Source: Cetorhinus maximus (Eukaryota). From it: a DNA stretch of 64,000 nt. The stretch is taken from the NCBI RefSeq assembly GCF_964194155.1, contig NC_135882.1, positions 116,808,001 to 116,872,000 of the forward strand, given 5' to 3'. A program made the translations under genes and the position numbers. The notes under the pieces were generated by a model. It saw only the letters and a list, made by a program, of their open reading frames with translations, was not told where the DNA came from and ran no database searches. Below are positions 25,424 through 38,199 of this stretch, piece by piece (within the stretch, counting starts at the first letter, position 1; every line of letters starts with the position of its first letter).

Positions 25424-26082
25424 GGGGAGAAATTTCTCCCCGTTGGGGGGGGGTTGGGCGGGAGCAGGCGCAGGTGGGCGCGCAGCCGATTGGTGCCTGC
25501 GATCGGCTGTGCGCCGCCATTTTATGTGGGTGGGCCAATTAAGGCCCGCCCAGCGTGACGCGCACCCGGAAGCGTTGAGTGCTCCTTGTGCGGGCGGGGG
25601 TAGGAGGCTGAGTCGGGGCCTGCGTGCGAAAGAGCAGCTCTGTGCCTCAGGGTGATTAGTTTGATTTTTTAACAATTTTAATAAAGAAAAAAAATGTTTA
25701 AGACGTTTCCTCATGTGACAGTGTCACATGAGCTGGGACATGTCAATGAACTTTAATAAAAACTTTCATTCAATTTATAAACACTTCATGAAGCCTCATC
25801 CCACCTGTGGATGAGGTTTCATGATAAATGCGAAGGCTGCCTGGGCTCTTCGCCTGCCCACCAACCTTAAGGTTGGATGGGCAGCTCAGTTAATCACTTT
25901 AATTAGTTTCTAAATGGCCTTAATAGGCCTTTGACAGTTTGGCGGGCTCACAGCCGACTCCACTGCGCGTCCGCCAATCTGAGGATCAGAATGACACGGG
26001 GTGATGTCGGGATGCACGGCTGACGTCACCGGGCATCGGTGAGCGGGGCCCGCCCCCGCATGCCGACCCAACAATTCTGGCC
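25424..26082. mobile_element. ~660-bp palindrome-rich Harbinger-type MITE
   Basis: Ends GGGGAGAAATT / AATTCTGGCC, TSD TAT/TAT; homologous to the copies at 45106, 48747 and 61584. Confidence 0.85.
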
Positions 26083-26201
26083 TATGGGTTTGCTGTAAGG
26101 CCTATAACTCACGAGAACATGTTTGTTCAGCCCCTGCCGAGGCTGTCTTTGGATGGTGCTTCTCTGCCTAACGCACGCATGTTCTAGACGGGCTGAAACC
26201 T

Positions 26202-26313
26202 GGGCCGGGATTTTCCAGCCCCGTCGTGGGCGAGGCGGCGCCCCGGCCAGAAGCCCATCGACTTGCGGCAGGACCGGAAGATTGCGGTGGCAGGCGGGCG
26301 CGGAAAATCCCGC
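26202..26313. mobile_element. ~110-bp CpG-rich MITE
   Basis: GGGCCGGGATTTTCC / GGAAAATCCCGC termini; central CCATCGACTT as in the copies at 12196 and 58499. Confidence 0.65.
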
Positions 26314-26399
26314 AGTTGGTTTCCAGAGGTTTTCCTTTAGTCTGAAGCTCTTACTGTCACTCGCCAGGACCACTTGAAATATGGTGACATTAGTATCAG

Positions 26400-27300
26400 G
26401 AGGCCTTGCTAAGTGTTTTTTAAAGAAAAATTAAAGGTTCCTTGTGGAGCAGAAGAAATACGAGAGATAAATTGACTTCTCTGGACTGAGCTGAACTGTT
26501 AATGGGTAAATGGCAAATCTATAGGCAAATAATGGGAAGTATTCAGAGATGTGTTTTTACGATATAAAACTAGTGCATACCCAGGAAAAGCAAAGGATGC
26601 ACTTGTATAGTTGAGCAACCGTGGTTAGCAAATGAGCTAAGAGACAGAATCAAACTAAACAAAAAGGCTTATACAAATGCAAGTAAAAGTGAAAGCCCAG
26701 TGGACTGGAAGTGCTATAAAAAGCAGCATAGGAATACAATGAAAGTAATGAGGTAAACAGTAACAACAGCTTCTATTTATTGTTGAGTATTTTAAAGGCT
26801 GCGATAGATAGATTTTCGGTCTCTCAGGGGATCAAGGTGTACGTGGAGCAGGTGGAAAAGTAGAGTTGAAGCCAAAGTTCAGCCGTGATCATATTGAATG
26901 GAAGAGCAGGCTTGAAGAGCTGCATGGACTACGCCTCCTATTTCTTGTGTTCGTATGTAATGTTTCTAACATAGAAAAGTCCCAAGGTGCTTCACAGGGG
27001 CATTCTAAAACACATGGACGTTTGTTGCCCATCTCAAGGCCTCAATTGGCGCTGGGATGGGAAGGCCATCCACGGACCTTCTCATCATGGACTTAATCAG
27101 GGTGGAATTGGGAAGGTGGTGGAGTCCCCACCTGCCTGTTTGAATGCCCCCTTCCCACCATCAAACTTGCTGCAGGGAAAGGCATTAAATACTGCCGTGT
27201 GTCTTTGGATTTGAAAATCGTAGATGTCACTCCATTCTTTACAAAGAGCGAAAACTAGATAACTACTGACTTGTTACATTAGTATCAGTTTAGGGGAGGT
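26400..27300 (+). mobile_element. Old CR1 fragments, including a 3'UTR piece at ~26790-26960
   Basis: gatagatagatttt..gtctctcagggg..gttgaagcc..cagccgtgatcatattgaatgg matches the CR1 3'UTR at 35560-35720. Confidence 0.55.
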
Positions 27301-27833
27301 TGAACCGGTGACTCCTGGCTTGTTAGTCCGAAATATTAACAATTATCGTATGCTATTTATCCCACATGCTCAGCAATCTTTTATCAGGTTTGTCTGCTGC
27401 ACTAAAGACTGGGTGCCATCACAATTGAGGATGAGATGTTAAAATCCTCCTCTGCTGATGTGTTGTTTAACAACTCATCCTAATCCATCACCTTTTTTCA
27501 TTTTCCACTCATTTCTGTACATTTAGTCCTTCAAAGTTATATACTTACATCTCATCCTGGGTATTTTTAATTCTCAGATTATGTTGAATTTAATCATGCC
27601 TTGGTTGTTATCTACCAGGCTGCTGTTCATTTTCTGGGGTATTAGTGATTGGCTGGTCAAATAAATGCTGCCTGTGGTGGCTTCATTGCAGATTTCCAGC
27701 ATCAGAAACTGAGCATTGCAATGTAAAAGCCACTGGTCTATTTAATGTTCCTTGAGAACGAATTAATGGTACTTGAAGTTCAATTAAGGGTACTTGAAAT
27801 TCAATTAATTACTTCTTTGTGTTAAAACGTGTA

Positions 27834-28372
27834 GCGCAGAATTTTCTATTCATCGGGCAGACAGGTGCCCAACCCGACTGAGCATAAAATGACACACGAT
27901 GATGTCAGACAAGCGTCCCAACGTCACTGCGCACTCGCGTGATATTTCAGTCGGCGGGCGTGCATGGGAGTCAGCAGCGCGCCCAGCGACAATTAACAGG
28001 CCTATTCAGGCCATTGAAAATCTAATTGAATTAAACTTTTCGCTGGTCGTCTAGCCTTACGGTTAGCGGGCAGGTGAAAAGGCCAGGCGGCCTTTAGATT
28101 TTTTATGAAACCTCATCCACAGGAGGGATGTGGTTTCAATCCGTCATAAAAAAAAAAAAAAATTTCAAACTACTTTCTAACATGTCCCCGTTCATGCGAC
28201 AGCGTCGCGTGAGGGGACATGTTTCTAACATTTTTAAATTCATTCTTTTTTTATTTTTCAAAATCTTCATCTCCCTGAGACAGCTCTGTACCTCAGGGAG
28301 CTTTCCCTGTGCGCAACCCCGTGCATATGTGAACTTGCACGCTCGCCCTCCCCTCCGCCCCCCTCCCATAAT
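27834..28372. mobile_element. Truncated copy of the palindrome-rich MITE
   Basis: GCGCAGAATTTT start, gaaacctcatcc..ggatgtggtttc and ccctgag..ctcaggg modules; cut off at the Penelope element. Confidence 0.75.
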
Positions 28373-28374
28373 TG

Positions 28375-31050
28375 GCCCATGAAATCAAGACATTGACATG
28401 GTGAATGCACAGGGAGCCATTGTCTCCTGTGTTTTTATTTATTCATATAAAAGATGCAATGTCCAGACATATTCCTTTCACCTGCTGAGGACAGGTCCCT
28501 GCATATGAATGTATGTAACTTCTAGCAAGTGTCAGTGAGCTACATCGTGAGCGCGACTGATAATCTTAAATTGGTTATTAGTATAAATTTTAGAACGCTC
28601 TGGATTGGGCGGAATTTGCTGAGCAATCAAGGGATCACATCCAATGTTAGACATTATGTTTTGAGTTTTTCAAGCATGGGCTGGTTGAGTATGGTCCGTA
28701 TTCTGCCTTTTGTGAACAGCTAAAGGGATGTGCTGTTTGATACGATCCACCAGTCATTGGGACGTGTAGCCTATGTACTTGGCATTGCACTGGCACTGAA
28801 ATTCATTTACCACGTTATTAATTTGTGGTAGACAGAGCCTCTTTTGGCTTGACAGCAGCATCCTGTTAAGGAAAAATGCCACTTGTTGCGGCTGCATAGT
28901 AGTGACATGAAAAAACTAGTTTCACCTGTTGCTCAAATTGAGATATTTATCCTTCCAGGGTAATTTGAGGTAAACTGGGCACTTTTCAAGTCCAAAGTGG
29001 TGGCCTTAGGCCCATTCATGTGTATGTAAGATACACAGCAAACAATGACCTGATCGGGGTAGCCATTATCCAGCAGGATAACTTTGCTCCCTAATTCAGC
29101 ATCAAGTTTGCATGGTGAGCAAATAGCTTGGGCCCTTTTTTATGAGATTGCCAATAAGACCAATCTTGTAGCGATGGAGCTGTAGAAATCCCAATGCACA
29201 TATTGACCGGTAAGCAGTAGTAGGGCACCTATTAGCGGATTTCTCAACCAGTACATTGAGGAAAGGGAGCTCATTAGACTGCTCCATTTCACAGGTGAAT
29301 GTGAGTGCAGCATGGAGTGCATTAATGTGTGTAAGGAAAATTCTTACATGCAGCTGCAGATTCAAATCTATCAAACATGTCATTATCTACATATTGTAAA
29401 TATGCAAGGGTAGGAGGTTAGGGGTCATTCCACCAAAAACACATTTCTCATTGTAACTGCTGAAAATGTCAGAGAGACTTAGCCCTAGAGGAGAACCCAT
29501 GGCAACATCATCGATTTCAGTAAACATAATGTCATTAAAGCTGAATTCCACTGCGCAAGTTGCTAAGTTCATAAGTTCAATGAGTACAGATTCAGAACAT
29601 GACATCATATCTAGATCGCCATGATGTAGTGGGTGTGGTGTGTATGTCTAGAGCTTCCTTGAGCAGCACATTAGTGAATAGGCTCGTGATGTCGAATGAA
29701 CACACAGACACAGCATTGCTGCTGACTTGCTGGTCGCCTATAGTCTTCGCGAAAGTGAAAGACTCCTTCGCCGTGTATGCGGAATACTCACTCAGAACTG
29801 GTTGCAGCAACTTGCTCAACCATTTGTCCAATTCATGTTGTGCAGAACCAGCCAAAGATAAAATAGGGTTTAATGGGACAATAACCTTGTGTATCTTGAG
29901 CAGCCCGTACATCCGTGGATGTAGTGAACTATGAGGACAAACCCGATCATATGCAGCACAAGGCAGCTTGTTACTCTTACGCAAGTCTGACAAATTAAGC
30001 AGCATTATTTCACTTGCACTTCCCTCAACTTAGTCTACTGCATTCGTTGCTCCCAATGCGGTTTCCTCTACATTGGAGAGACCAAACGCAAACTGGGTGA
30101 CCGCTTTGCAGAACACCTTCGGTCTGTCCGCAAGCATTACCCAGACCTCCCTGTCGCTTGCCATTTCAACACTCCACCCTGCTCTCATGCCCACATGTCC
30201 GTCCTTGGCTTGCTGCATTGTTCCAGTGAAGCTCAACGCAAACTGGAGGAACAGCACCTCATCTTCCGACTAGGCACTTTTTACAGCCTTCCGAACTGAA
30301 TATTGACTTCAACAATTTTAGATCATGAACTCTCTCCTCCATCCCCACCCCCTTTCAGATTTTCCCCCTCCTTTTTGTTTTTTCCAATAATTTATATAGA
30401 TTTTTCTTTTCCCACCTATTTCCATTATTTTTAAATGTATTTCCATCTATTGTTTTATCTCTACCTTTTAGCCTTTTTTGACTCCTTCACCCCACCCCAC
30501 CCCCACTAGGGCTATCTGTACCTTGCTCATCCTGCTTTCTACCCTTAATTAGCACATTCCTTTAGATAATATCACCACCTCTTTGTCCTTTTGTCTGTGA
30601 CATCTTTTGGTTATCTCCACCTATCACTGGCTCTCTAGCCAGCTCTTCTTGTCCCACCCCCCCCCCCCCCCCCCCCCTTAAACCAGCTTATATTTCACCC
30701 CTTTTCTATTTTTCCTTAGTTCTGTTGAAGTGTCATGCGGACTCGAAACATTAACTGTGCTCCTCGCCACAGATGCTGCCAGACCTGCTGAGTTTTTCCA
30801 GGTATTTTTGTTTTTGTTTTCGATTTCCAGCATCCGCAGTTTTTTGCTTTTATCTAAATGTTTTTGTAACTTGCTTTGAGCAGGGCTATGTGGTCATGCT
30901 TGGCAGCGGGTCCAATGGATGTGAATTTCAATCTGTCTTTAAGAACAGTGTGCATTTTGTTCATATACTCATGCTTGTTAAAGATGACTATTCCAGCCCC
31001 TTTGTCTGGCTTGTAAGTATGTATGCCTGTGTTGGCCTAGAGGCCTTTCA
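28375..31050 (-). mobile_element. Penelope-like element, RT + GIY-YIG, decayed (interrupted 30013-30855)
   Basis: KPDKGAGIVI (~31010), PRMYGLLKIHK, SFDITSLFTNV, VAMGSPL, ELPFLNVLV; endonuclease/3' region is the reverse complement of 31060-31800. Confidence 0.88.
30013..30855 (+). mobile_element. Second-family Penelope-like 3' fragment (GIY-YIG + 3' region with hammerhead-like motif) nested in the first
   Basis: LVYCIRCSQCGFLYIGETKRKLGDRFAEH..RKLEEQHLIFRL from 30030; motif agtt-CTGTTGA-..gactc-GAAA-cattaact at ~30718-30757. Confidence 0.88.
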
Positions 31051-31059
31051 ATGCTGAAT

Positions 31060-31960
31060 GGTTGGACGCAGAACTAGGATGCATCAGAGTTATCCTGTGG
31101 TATAATGGCTATCCTGGTCAGATCGTTGTTTGCTGTGTATCTCTCATGCTCACGAATGTGCCTAAGGCTATCATATTCGGACCTGAAAAGTGCCCAGTCT
31201 ACCCCAAGTTACCCTGAAAGGATAAGGTATCTCAAAATTTTGAGCAACAGGTGAAGCTAGCCATTGCTGCTACTACGCAGTAGCAATACTACAAGTGTTT
31301 TCCACTAACAGGATGCTGCTGTCAAGCCAAAAAAAAATCTACCTATCACACAAATGAGTAATGTGGTATATGAATTTCAGTGCCAGTGTAATGCCAGGTA
31401 TAATACCGATTACCCCAACAACTGGCGCGGATCATATCGAACAGCACCTCTCTTCGGCTGTTTGCAATAGGCAGAGTACTGACCATACTCAACCAACCCA
31501 TGCTTGCAAAACTCAGAACATAATGTCCAGCATTAAGTGTGATTCCATGATTGGGCAGCATTTGCTGAACAATCCAGAGTATGCTAAGAATTACACTAAC
31601 AACCAATTTAAGACCATCTGTCGGGCTTGCAATGTAGCTCACTTATGTTGCTAGAAGCTGCATATATTCATATGCACAGGGACCTGCCCTTGCAGGCAAA
31701 AGGAATATGTCCAGATTTTACACCTTTCTTGAATAATCAAAAGCATGGAGGACAATAGCTCCCCAGTGCATTTGCCATGGCAACGTATCAACCAATCAGT
31801 TGATTTGCCAACCAATCAGCACTCCTTTTCTCATGCAATATAAATTATTGTTCCCTTTGAAATTTGGCATTTTTGCAATTGTCCTGATGAGTGAGAGACA
31901 AAAAGATTCAACAGCATGTTTCTTTTTTTTTCAGGAATCCTCAAGTTCTGTACTACCAAG
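31060..31960 (+). mobile_element. Penelope-like 3' arm (GIY-YIG + terminus), inverted relative to 28375-29100
   Basis: SNVVYEFQCQCNARY at ~31358; degenerate hammerhead gtc-CTGATGA-gt..ac-aaaa-agattc-aac at ~31881-31913. Confidence 0.85.
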
Positions 31961-32099
31961 CAGCTATATATCACATTGTAACAGGGCATTTTTTAGGACA
32001 GCAAAGCAGCTGCCAAGAGCAATGCATGTTTATCTCTTGGTTATGTAAACTTCTAATAACTATGCAAACATAAATGTTGAACAAAAATTGGAACAGGAC

Positions 32100-32337
32100 A
32101 CAAAAGAAATGACATCTTTGTCATTTAATCTCTCCCATCCTCTAACCTATGCCTGACCTCTTTTATTTCACCTGACCCCCCCTCCCCCTTTTCTCAATAG
32201 CATAAAACCCATCACATTCCTGCATCGCTTCAGTTCCGAAGAAGAGTCATATTGGACTTGAAACGTTAACTCTGTTTCTCTCTCCACAGGTGCTGCCAGA
32301 CCTGCTGAGTTTTTCCAGCACTTTCTGTTGTTGTTAC
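32100..32337 (+). mobile_element. Short Penelope-derived element with degenerate hammerhead
   Basis: agtt-CCGAAGA-a-gagtc-atattg-gactt-GAAA-cgtt-aact at ~32232-32271 followed by gctgccagacctgctgagtttttccag. Confidence 0.75.
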
Positions 32338-33083
32338 AAAAAAAACTGCCTTGGCAGTAATTCATTTAGAGATCAATCAACCTTAGTTTAGTTAATTTTG
32401 TTCTAATGTTTAAATATGTTAATCAGATGGCTTGTTAAAGTATGTTAATATATTCTACTAAAATTCTAAGAGACTTAATTCAAATTTCATTTGAAAGTTT
32501 TAACAACCAGTATCTAAGTCTATCAATGTTTGAAAGAATCAAATTGATTGAAAAAAATAGAAACATGGCTTTTATTGCTGCTAATATTGGGTTTTATAAA
32601 ACTGTACACTCAATCCTAGAGCACACTGAGGAAAACCGCATTCTATGGTGAGTAGCTGTGGCACTTATTAATTTCATGGGCTGCAAATCCTCTTCTTGAT
32701 GTCTTCATGTCAGCATAGTCTGGGTATATCTTAAGTTATCACAGAATGCTCTCTTGTTCCAGTGACCAACTCTTTGGCAGCTTTCATTCAAATATTGTAT
32801 TAAATTTGAGTCCAGTCAGACAGCAAGATTATTATTGCCATTTAATCTCTAGTGCAGGTCTGATTTTCAGTTAGAACATTTTCTTATGCCATAGGTGATG
32901 ACCTGTAGATGTACCCAATGCTCTCCAGTATCTGGCATCGCCTCTATGAAGCCAAACTGGCACTGCCTTGCTTAGCCTGTGACTGAACATTGTTTTATTC
33001 AAAATCCATGTAGGAACTCTCCTGGAAGCTAAGCTTTGAAGCTCGGGAATCTTCCAGAGTTGGCTATTGCTTTACTTTCCAAA

Positions 33084-35203
33084 AATCACAGAATCACACA
33101 GTGCAGAAGAGGCCCTTCGGCCCATCGAGTCTGCACCAACACGTGAGAAACACCTGACCTACCTACCTAATCCCATTTACCAGCACTTGGCCCAGAGCCT
33201 TGAATGTTATGATGTACCAAGTGCTCATCCAGGTACTTTTTAAAGAATGTGAGGCAACCCGCCTCCACCACACTTCCAGGCAGCGCATTCCAGACCATCA
33301 CCACCCTCTGAGTGAAAGGTCTTTCCGCACATCCCGCCTAAACCTCCTGCCCCTCACCTTGAACTTATGTCCCCTTGTGACTCACCCTTCAACTAAGGGT
33401 CAACAACTGCTCCCCATCCACCCTGTCCATGCCCCTCATAATCTTGTACACCTCGATCAGGTCGCCCCTCAGTCTTCTCTGCTCCAACGAAAACAACCCA
33501 AGTCTATCCAATCTCTCTTCATAACTTAAATGTTTCATCCCAGGCAACATCCTGGTGAATCTCCTCTGCACCCCCTCCAGTGAAATCACATCCTTCCTAT
33601 AATGTGGCAACCAGAACTGCACACAGTACTCCAGCTGTGGCCTCATCAAGGCTCTATACAACTCCAACATGATCTCCCTGCTTTTGTAATCTATGCCTCG
33701 ATTGATAAAGTCAAGTGTCCCATATGCCTTTTTCACCACCCCACTAACATGCCCCTCCGCCAGAGATCTATGGACACACACGCCAAGGTCCCTTTGTTCC
33801 TCAGAACTTCCTAGTGTCATACCGTTCATTGAATACTTCCTTGTCAAATTACTCTTTCCAAAGTCTATCATCTCACACTTTTCAGGGTTAAATTTCATCT
33901 GGCATTTGACCATCCTGTCTATATCTTCCTATAGCCCAATACACTCAACTTCACTGTTAACCACTCGGCCAATCTTTGTGTCATCCGCAAACTTACTAAT
34001 CCTACCCCCCACATAGTCATCTATGTCGTTTATATAAATGACAAATAATAGGGGACCCAGCACAGATCCCTGTGGTACGCCACTGGACACTGGCTTCCAG
34101 CCACTAAAGCATCCTTCTGTCATCACCCTCTGTCTCCTACAACTAAGCCAATTTTGAATCCACCTTATCAAAATACCCTGTATCCCATGTGCCTTTGCCT
34201 TCTTTATAAGTCTCCCATGTGGGACCTTGTCAAAGGCTTTGCTGAAATCCATATAAACTACATCAACTGCACAACCCTCATCTACACACCTGGTCACCTC
34301 CTCAAAAAATTCAATCAAATTTGTTAGGCATGACCTCCCTCTGACAAAGCCATGCTGACTATCCCTGATCAAACCTTGCCTCTCCAAGTGGAGATCGATT
34401 TTCTCCTTCAGAAATTTCTCCAATAGTTTCCCTACCACTGACGTGAGACTCACTGGCCTGTAGCTCCCTGGCTTATCTCTACAACCCTTCTTAAATAGCG
34501 GAACCACATTAGCTGTTCTCCAGTCCTCTGGCATCTCCCCCGTGGCCAGAGAGGAATTAAAAATTTGGGTCAGAGCCCCTGCGATCTCCTCCCTTGTCTC
34601 CCTCAGCAGTCTGGGACACAAATCATCCGGACCTGGAGATTTTTCCACTTTTAAGCCTGCCAACACCTCCAATACCTTGTCACTCCCTATATCAATTTGC
34701 TTAAGAACTTCATAGTCTCTCTCTCTGAGTTCGATACCTTCATCCTCATTTTCTTGGGTAAAGAGGGATGTGAAGTATTCATTCAACACTCTAGCGATGT
34801 CATCTGGCTCCACCCATAGATTGCCCCCTTGGTCCCTTATGGGCCCTACTCTTTCCCTGGTTATCCTCTTTCCATTGATATACTTATAGAATATCTTGAG
34901 ATTTTCCCTACTTTTACCAGCCAGAGCTTTCTCATATCCCCTCTTTGCTCTCCTAATTACTTTCTTAAGCTCCACCCTGCACTTTCTGTGCTCCACTAAT
35001 GCCTCTGCTGATTTGCTTCCCTTGTGCCTGCTAAAAGCCCCTCTTTTCTTTCTCATTGTAACCTGAATATCTCTGGTCATCTGTGGTTCTCTGGGCTTGT
35101 TACTCCTTCCTATTGCCCTAGAGGGAACATGCTCAGCCTGTACCCTGCCCATTTCCTTTTTGAACGCCCCCCACTGCTCCTCTGTAGATTTCCCCACAAG
35201 TAG
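33084..35203 (-). mobile_element. Young 5'-truncated CR1 LINE, same subfamily as 5094-9204
   Basis: Near-colinear high identity with 5094-7195; (attctgtg)-type microsatellite 3' tail at ~33084-33098. Confidence 0.95.
33929..35203 (-). pseudogene. CR1 ORF2 RT domain, uninterrupted for ~425 codons, then a premature stop
   Basis: ORF 33929-35233 with KSPGPDD, YRPVSLTS, DFSKAFD, GVPQGSVLGP, KFADDTKI; no endonuclease domain. Confidence 0.92.
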
Positions 35204-35205
35204 CT

Positions 35206-35717
35206 TATACTTGCACTGGAGGTGGTACAGCAAAGGTTCCCTAGATTGGCTCCTGGCATGAGAGGTTTGTCCTACGGTCAGAGGTTGAATAAATTGGGCC
35301 TATATTCTCTGGAGTTTAGAAGAATGAGAGGTGATCGCATTGAAATATACAAGATTCTGAAGAGGCTTGACATGGTTGAGATCGAGAGTCTGTTTCCCCT
35401 GATTGGGGAATCTAGTAAACAGGGGCACAATCTCAGGATAAGGGAACAATGTTTTAGGACTGAGGTGAGGAGAAATTTCTTTATTCAAAAGCTTGTGAAT
35501 CTTTGGAATTTTCTATCCCAGATTGTTGTGGATGCTCCATCATTGAACATATTTAAGGCAGAGCTGGATAGATTTTTGGTCTCTCAGGGAACCCAGGATT
35601 ATGCGGAGCAGGCGGGAAAGTGGAGTTGAAGCTGAAGATCAGCTATGACTGTATTGAATGGTGGCACAGGCTCAACGGCCTGTAGGGTCTACTCTTGCTG
35701 CTATATCTTATGTTCTC
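35206..35717 (+). mobile_element. CR1 3' end of a different subfamily
   Basis: VQQRFPRLAPGMRGLSY..LYSLEFRRMRGD..FRTEVRRNFF..WNFL ORF2 C-terminus plus 3'UTR. Confidence 0.88.
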
Positions 35718-35899
35718 AAAAAATTAAAACTAAACCTACTTTTGGATTTGCAGTTATTCTTGATAGTTTAAGGCAGTAGCTTGATCCAGAGCAAAGCCCA
35801 CAAACAGCAAGATGTAATTAATATTTAAAATATACTTGCCTGGAATTTGATTCAATCTCTTTGATAAACATTGAAGTAGGGATTAAAGAGATTCTGCAA

Positions 35900-37100
35900 G
35901 TTTGTGCCCAGTTTCTTGGCAGCTGTCATGATTTATTCATCCATGCCAGTCCACTGTGCAGGCCATCAAGCCACAGGCTGGCTGGTTGGCAACAAGGTTG
36001 TCCCCTCCAGATAAGGGTCATGATTTCTGTCAGGAATTCAGGCATGATGCAGAGGACGAGTGAGTGATTTGCCGCCACCAGACATACCATTCAGCAGACC
36101 AGCGGTAAGCCGAAGCAGAGCTTCCACTGCCTGGACTGTTCAGAAAGATCTCTGCACTCCACCGCTGACTGTGTTTCCTGATTTGTCATCATGTGTTGCA
36201 TACTGCATATACTGTGAACCCAACCCTTACCACCGCCTGTGCAGCAAAAGGAAGAGCAGCAGCAAGAGGAAGAGCAACACCAAAAGGATGACAAACAGGA
36301 GTAGTATTGACTACCAGTGCCCCTAGCTGCCAGAACTCTTCAGTGAACAACTGATCCAAGACCCCTTCATCTGTGTGATCTTTTGGGTTAGCCTTTAGTG
36401 TGGAGGGGGAGCAAGGAGAGATAAGTTGCAGCTGAAGTCAGCTGTGTAGAGTGCGAAAGAATTGAGAAGGAGCAAAAAATGGGATGGTGTAAAGAAACTG
36501 GCCAGGTCCTTCCTTTTCCCATGACTTGCCTCTGCTTATGATGTCCAGCATGCACACATGAGAAGTGTGTATGCAGGTGGCCCCTAGCTTCCCCAGTCAC
36601 TTCCTTGTTGTACTCAACCTTCTGCAAGAAAGAATGCAGCCTTGTGAGCTGCTTTGAGAATGTGTCTGGCATATTTAAATAATGTGTATACTATATGGAA
36701 AATGTGCAGGAAAGTGACATCAAATCAAATGCCAGGCAAATGTACCTTAAATATTAATTATATCTTCCTGAGGGAAGCAGGATCATTCTCCTTCAGTCCA
36801 CCATTTGGACCATGGCATTCATAGGGGCTTTGGAGGAGGACTTCTATGTCTGATCTATTCAGAAGTGCTTTTTTTCTGTCTGCTGTCAGAGTGTGCCTCC
36901 CCTTTAAGAAATGCAGGCCGCCTTTAAATAGTGTCAGAGATGCCTAATTTCCTGACCTTCCCAATAAGCATACATGGATACCACTGGCTGCAAGCTGAGG
37001 TTTCAGCACCAATTTCACATGTTTCCTATTCTCATGTGAACAGGCATGCTCATCCTGCACCCTGTCCCCTGCCCTTGCTGTCCATTTCCTTTGAGCATTT
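35900..37100 (-). mobile_element. Very decayed Harbinger Myb-gene remnant
   Basis: Minus-strand acceptor ttcttgcag then KVEYNKEVTG (cf. exon 2 at 10219); TTTAAA-containing upstream motif at ~36920 like those at 9645 and 60678. Confidence 0.35.
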
Positions 37101-37151
37101 CTGAATGTGAAATAGAGTTGGGGGCATTTATCAGATCAGCTGTGATATAGC

Positions 37152-37545
37152 TTTTTATTCTTATGTGGGTGTCACTGGCAAGTCCAACATTTGTTGTCCA
37201 TCCCTAATTGCCCTTGAACTGAGTGGCTTCCTAGGCCATTTCAGAGGGCAGTTAAGAGTCAACCACATTGCTGTGGGTCTGGAGTCACATGTAGGCCAGA
37301 CCAGGTAAGGATGGCAAATTTCCTTCCCTAAAGGATGTTAGCGAACCAGATGGGTTTTTACGGCAATTGATGATAGTTTCCTTGTCACAATTGCTGAGTT
37401 GAGCTTTCAGTTTCGGATGTTTTATTAATTGAAGTTAAATTCCGCCAGCTGCTGTGGTGGCATTTGAACCCATGCCCCTGGAGCATTAGCCTGGGCTTCT
37501 GGATTACTAGTTCAGTGACATTATCACTAACTCACCATCTCCCCT
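37152..37545 (-). mobile_element. HE1-type SINE, complete
   Basis: Reverse complement of the joined 5006-5093 + 9205-9478 sequence; B-box GGTTCAAATG. Confidence 0.9.
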
Positions 37546-38199
37546 AAAAGTTTCTCACCAACTGCTATCCATTGACCAGTGATCCATGACTGTTGAGTAC
37601 AATTTCATTTATATTGAACTCTCGACTGGAAGGGATAAATCTCATTTGGTTCACAAATGACAGCCCTTTAAGTTCCTATTACACTTTCCAAAAACAGAAG
37701 CATTCCCAGAAATAATAATGGTGACATCCAAAGGATACAACTAGTAAATTAGCAGTTTGTGAGGCATAACATAAAGCCTATTCCACAACGTGGAGCAGTA
37801 TCAAACATCAAAAATGACTACTGAACTCTGTTCATAATGCTCTTCGACAAATCCAGTAAGTTTAATGCCAGCATCTTAGGGGTAAGTCAAGGACACCAGC
37901 AGATGCTGCTTGTGTTGCTTCAGGCTGCAGTTACTGTCAGGGATTTATCTACAGAAAGCAAGGACTCAAGACACAAAGGCTATGAGTGCAGAGTTTGACA
38001 TGACCCAGAATGAAATTGGAGAAATAACAGCTGTCAGACAAGTTCTTGGTCTTGATAAGCAGTGTTATTGTACCACTGAACCAATGAAGCAATGGGTTAG
38101 TGTTAATTGTTTGGAATTTACAAATTAGCGGCATTAATTCAAAAAGGATTGTAGAGGTGAGAGGAGATGGTTTGGGAGTTCATATGTTAACTGTTTTGT

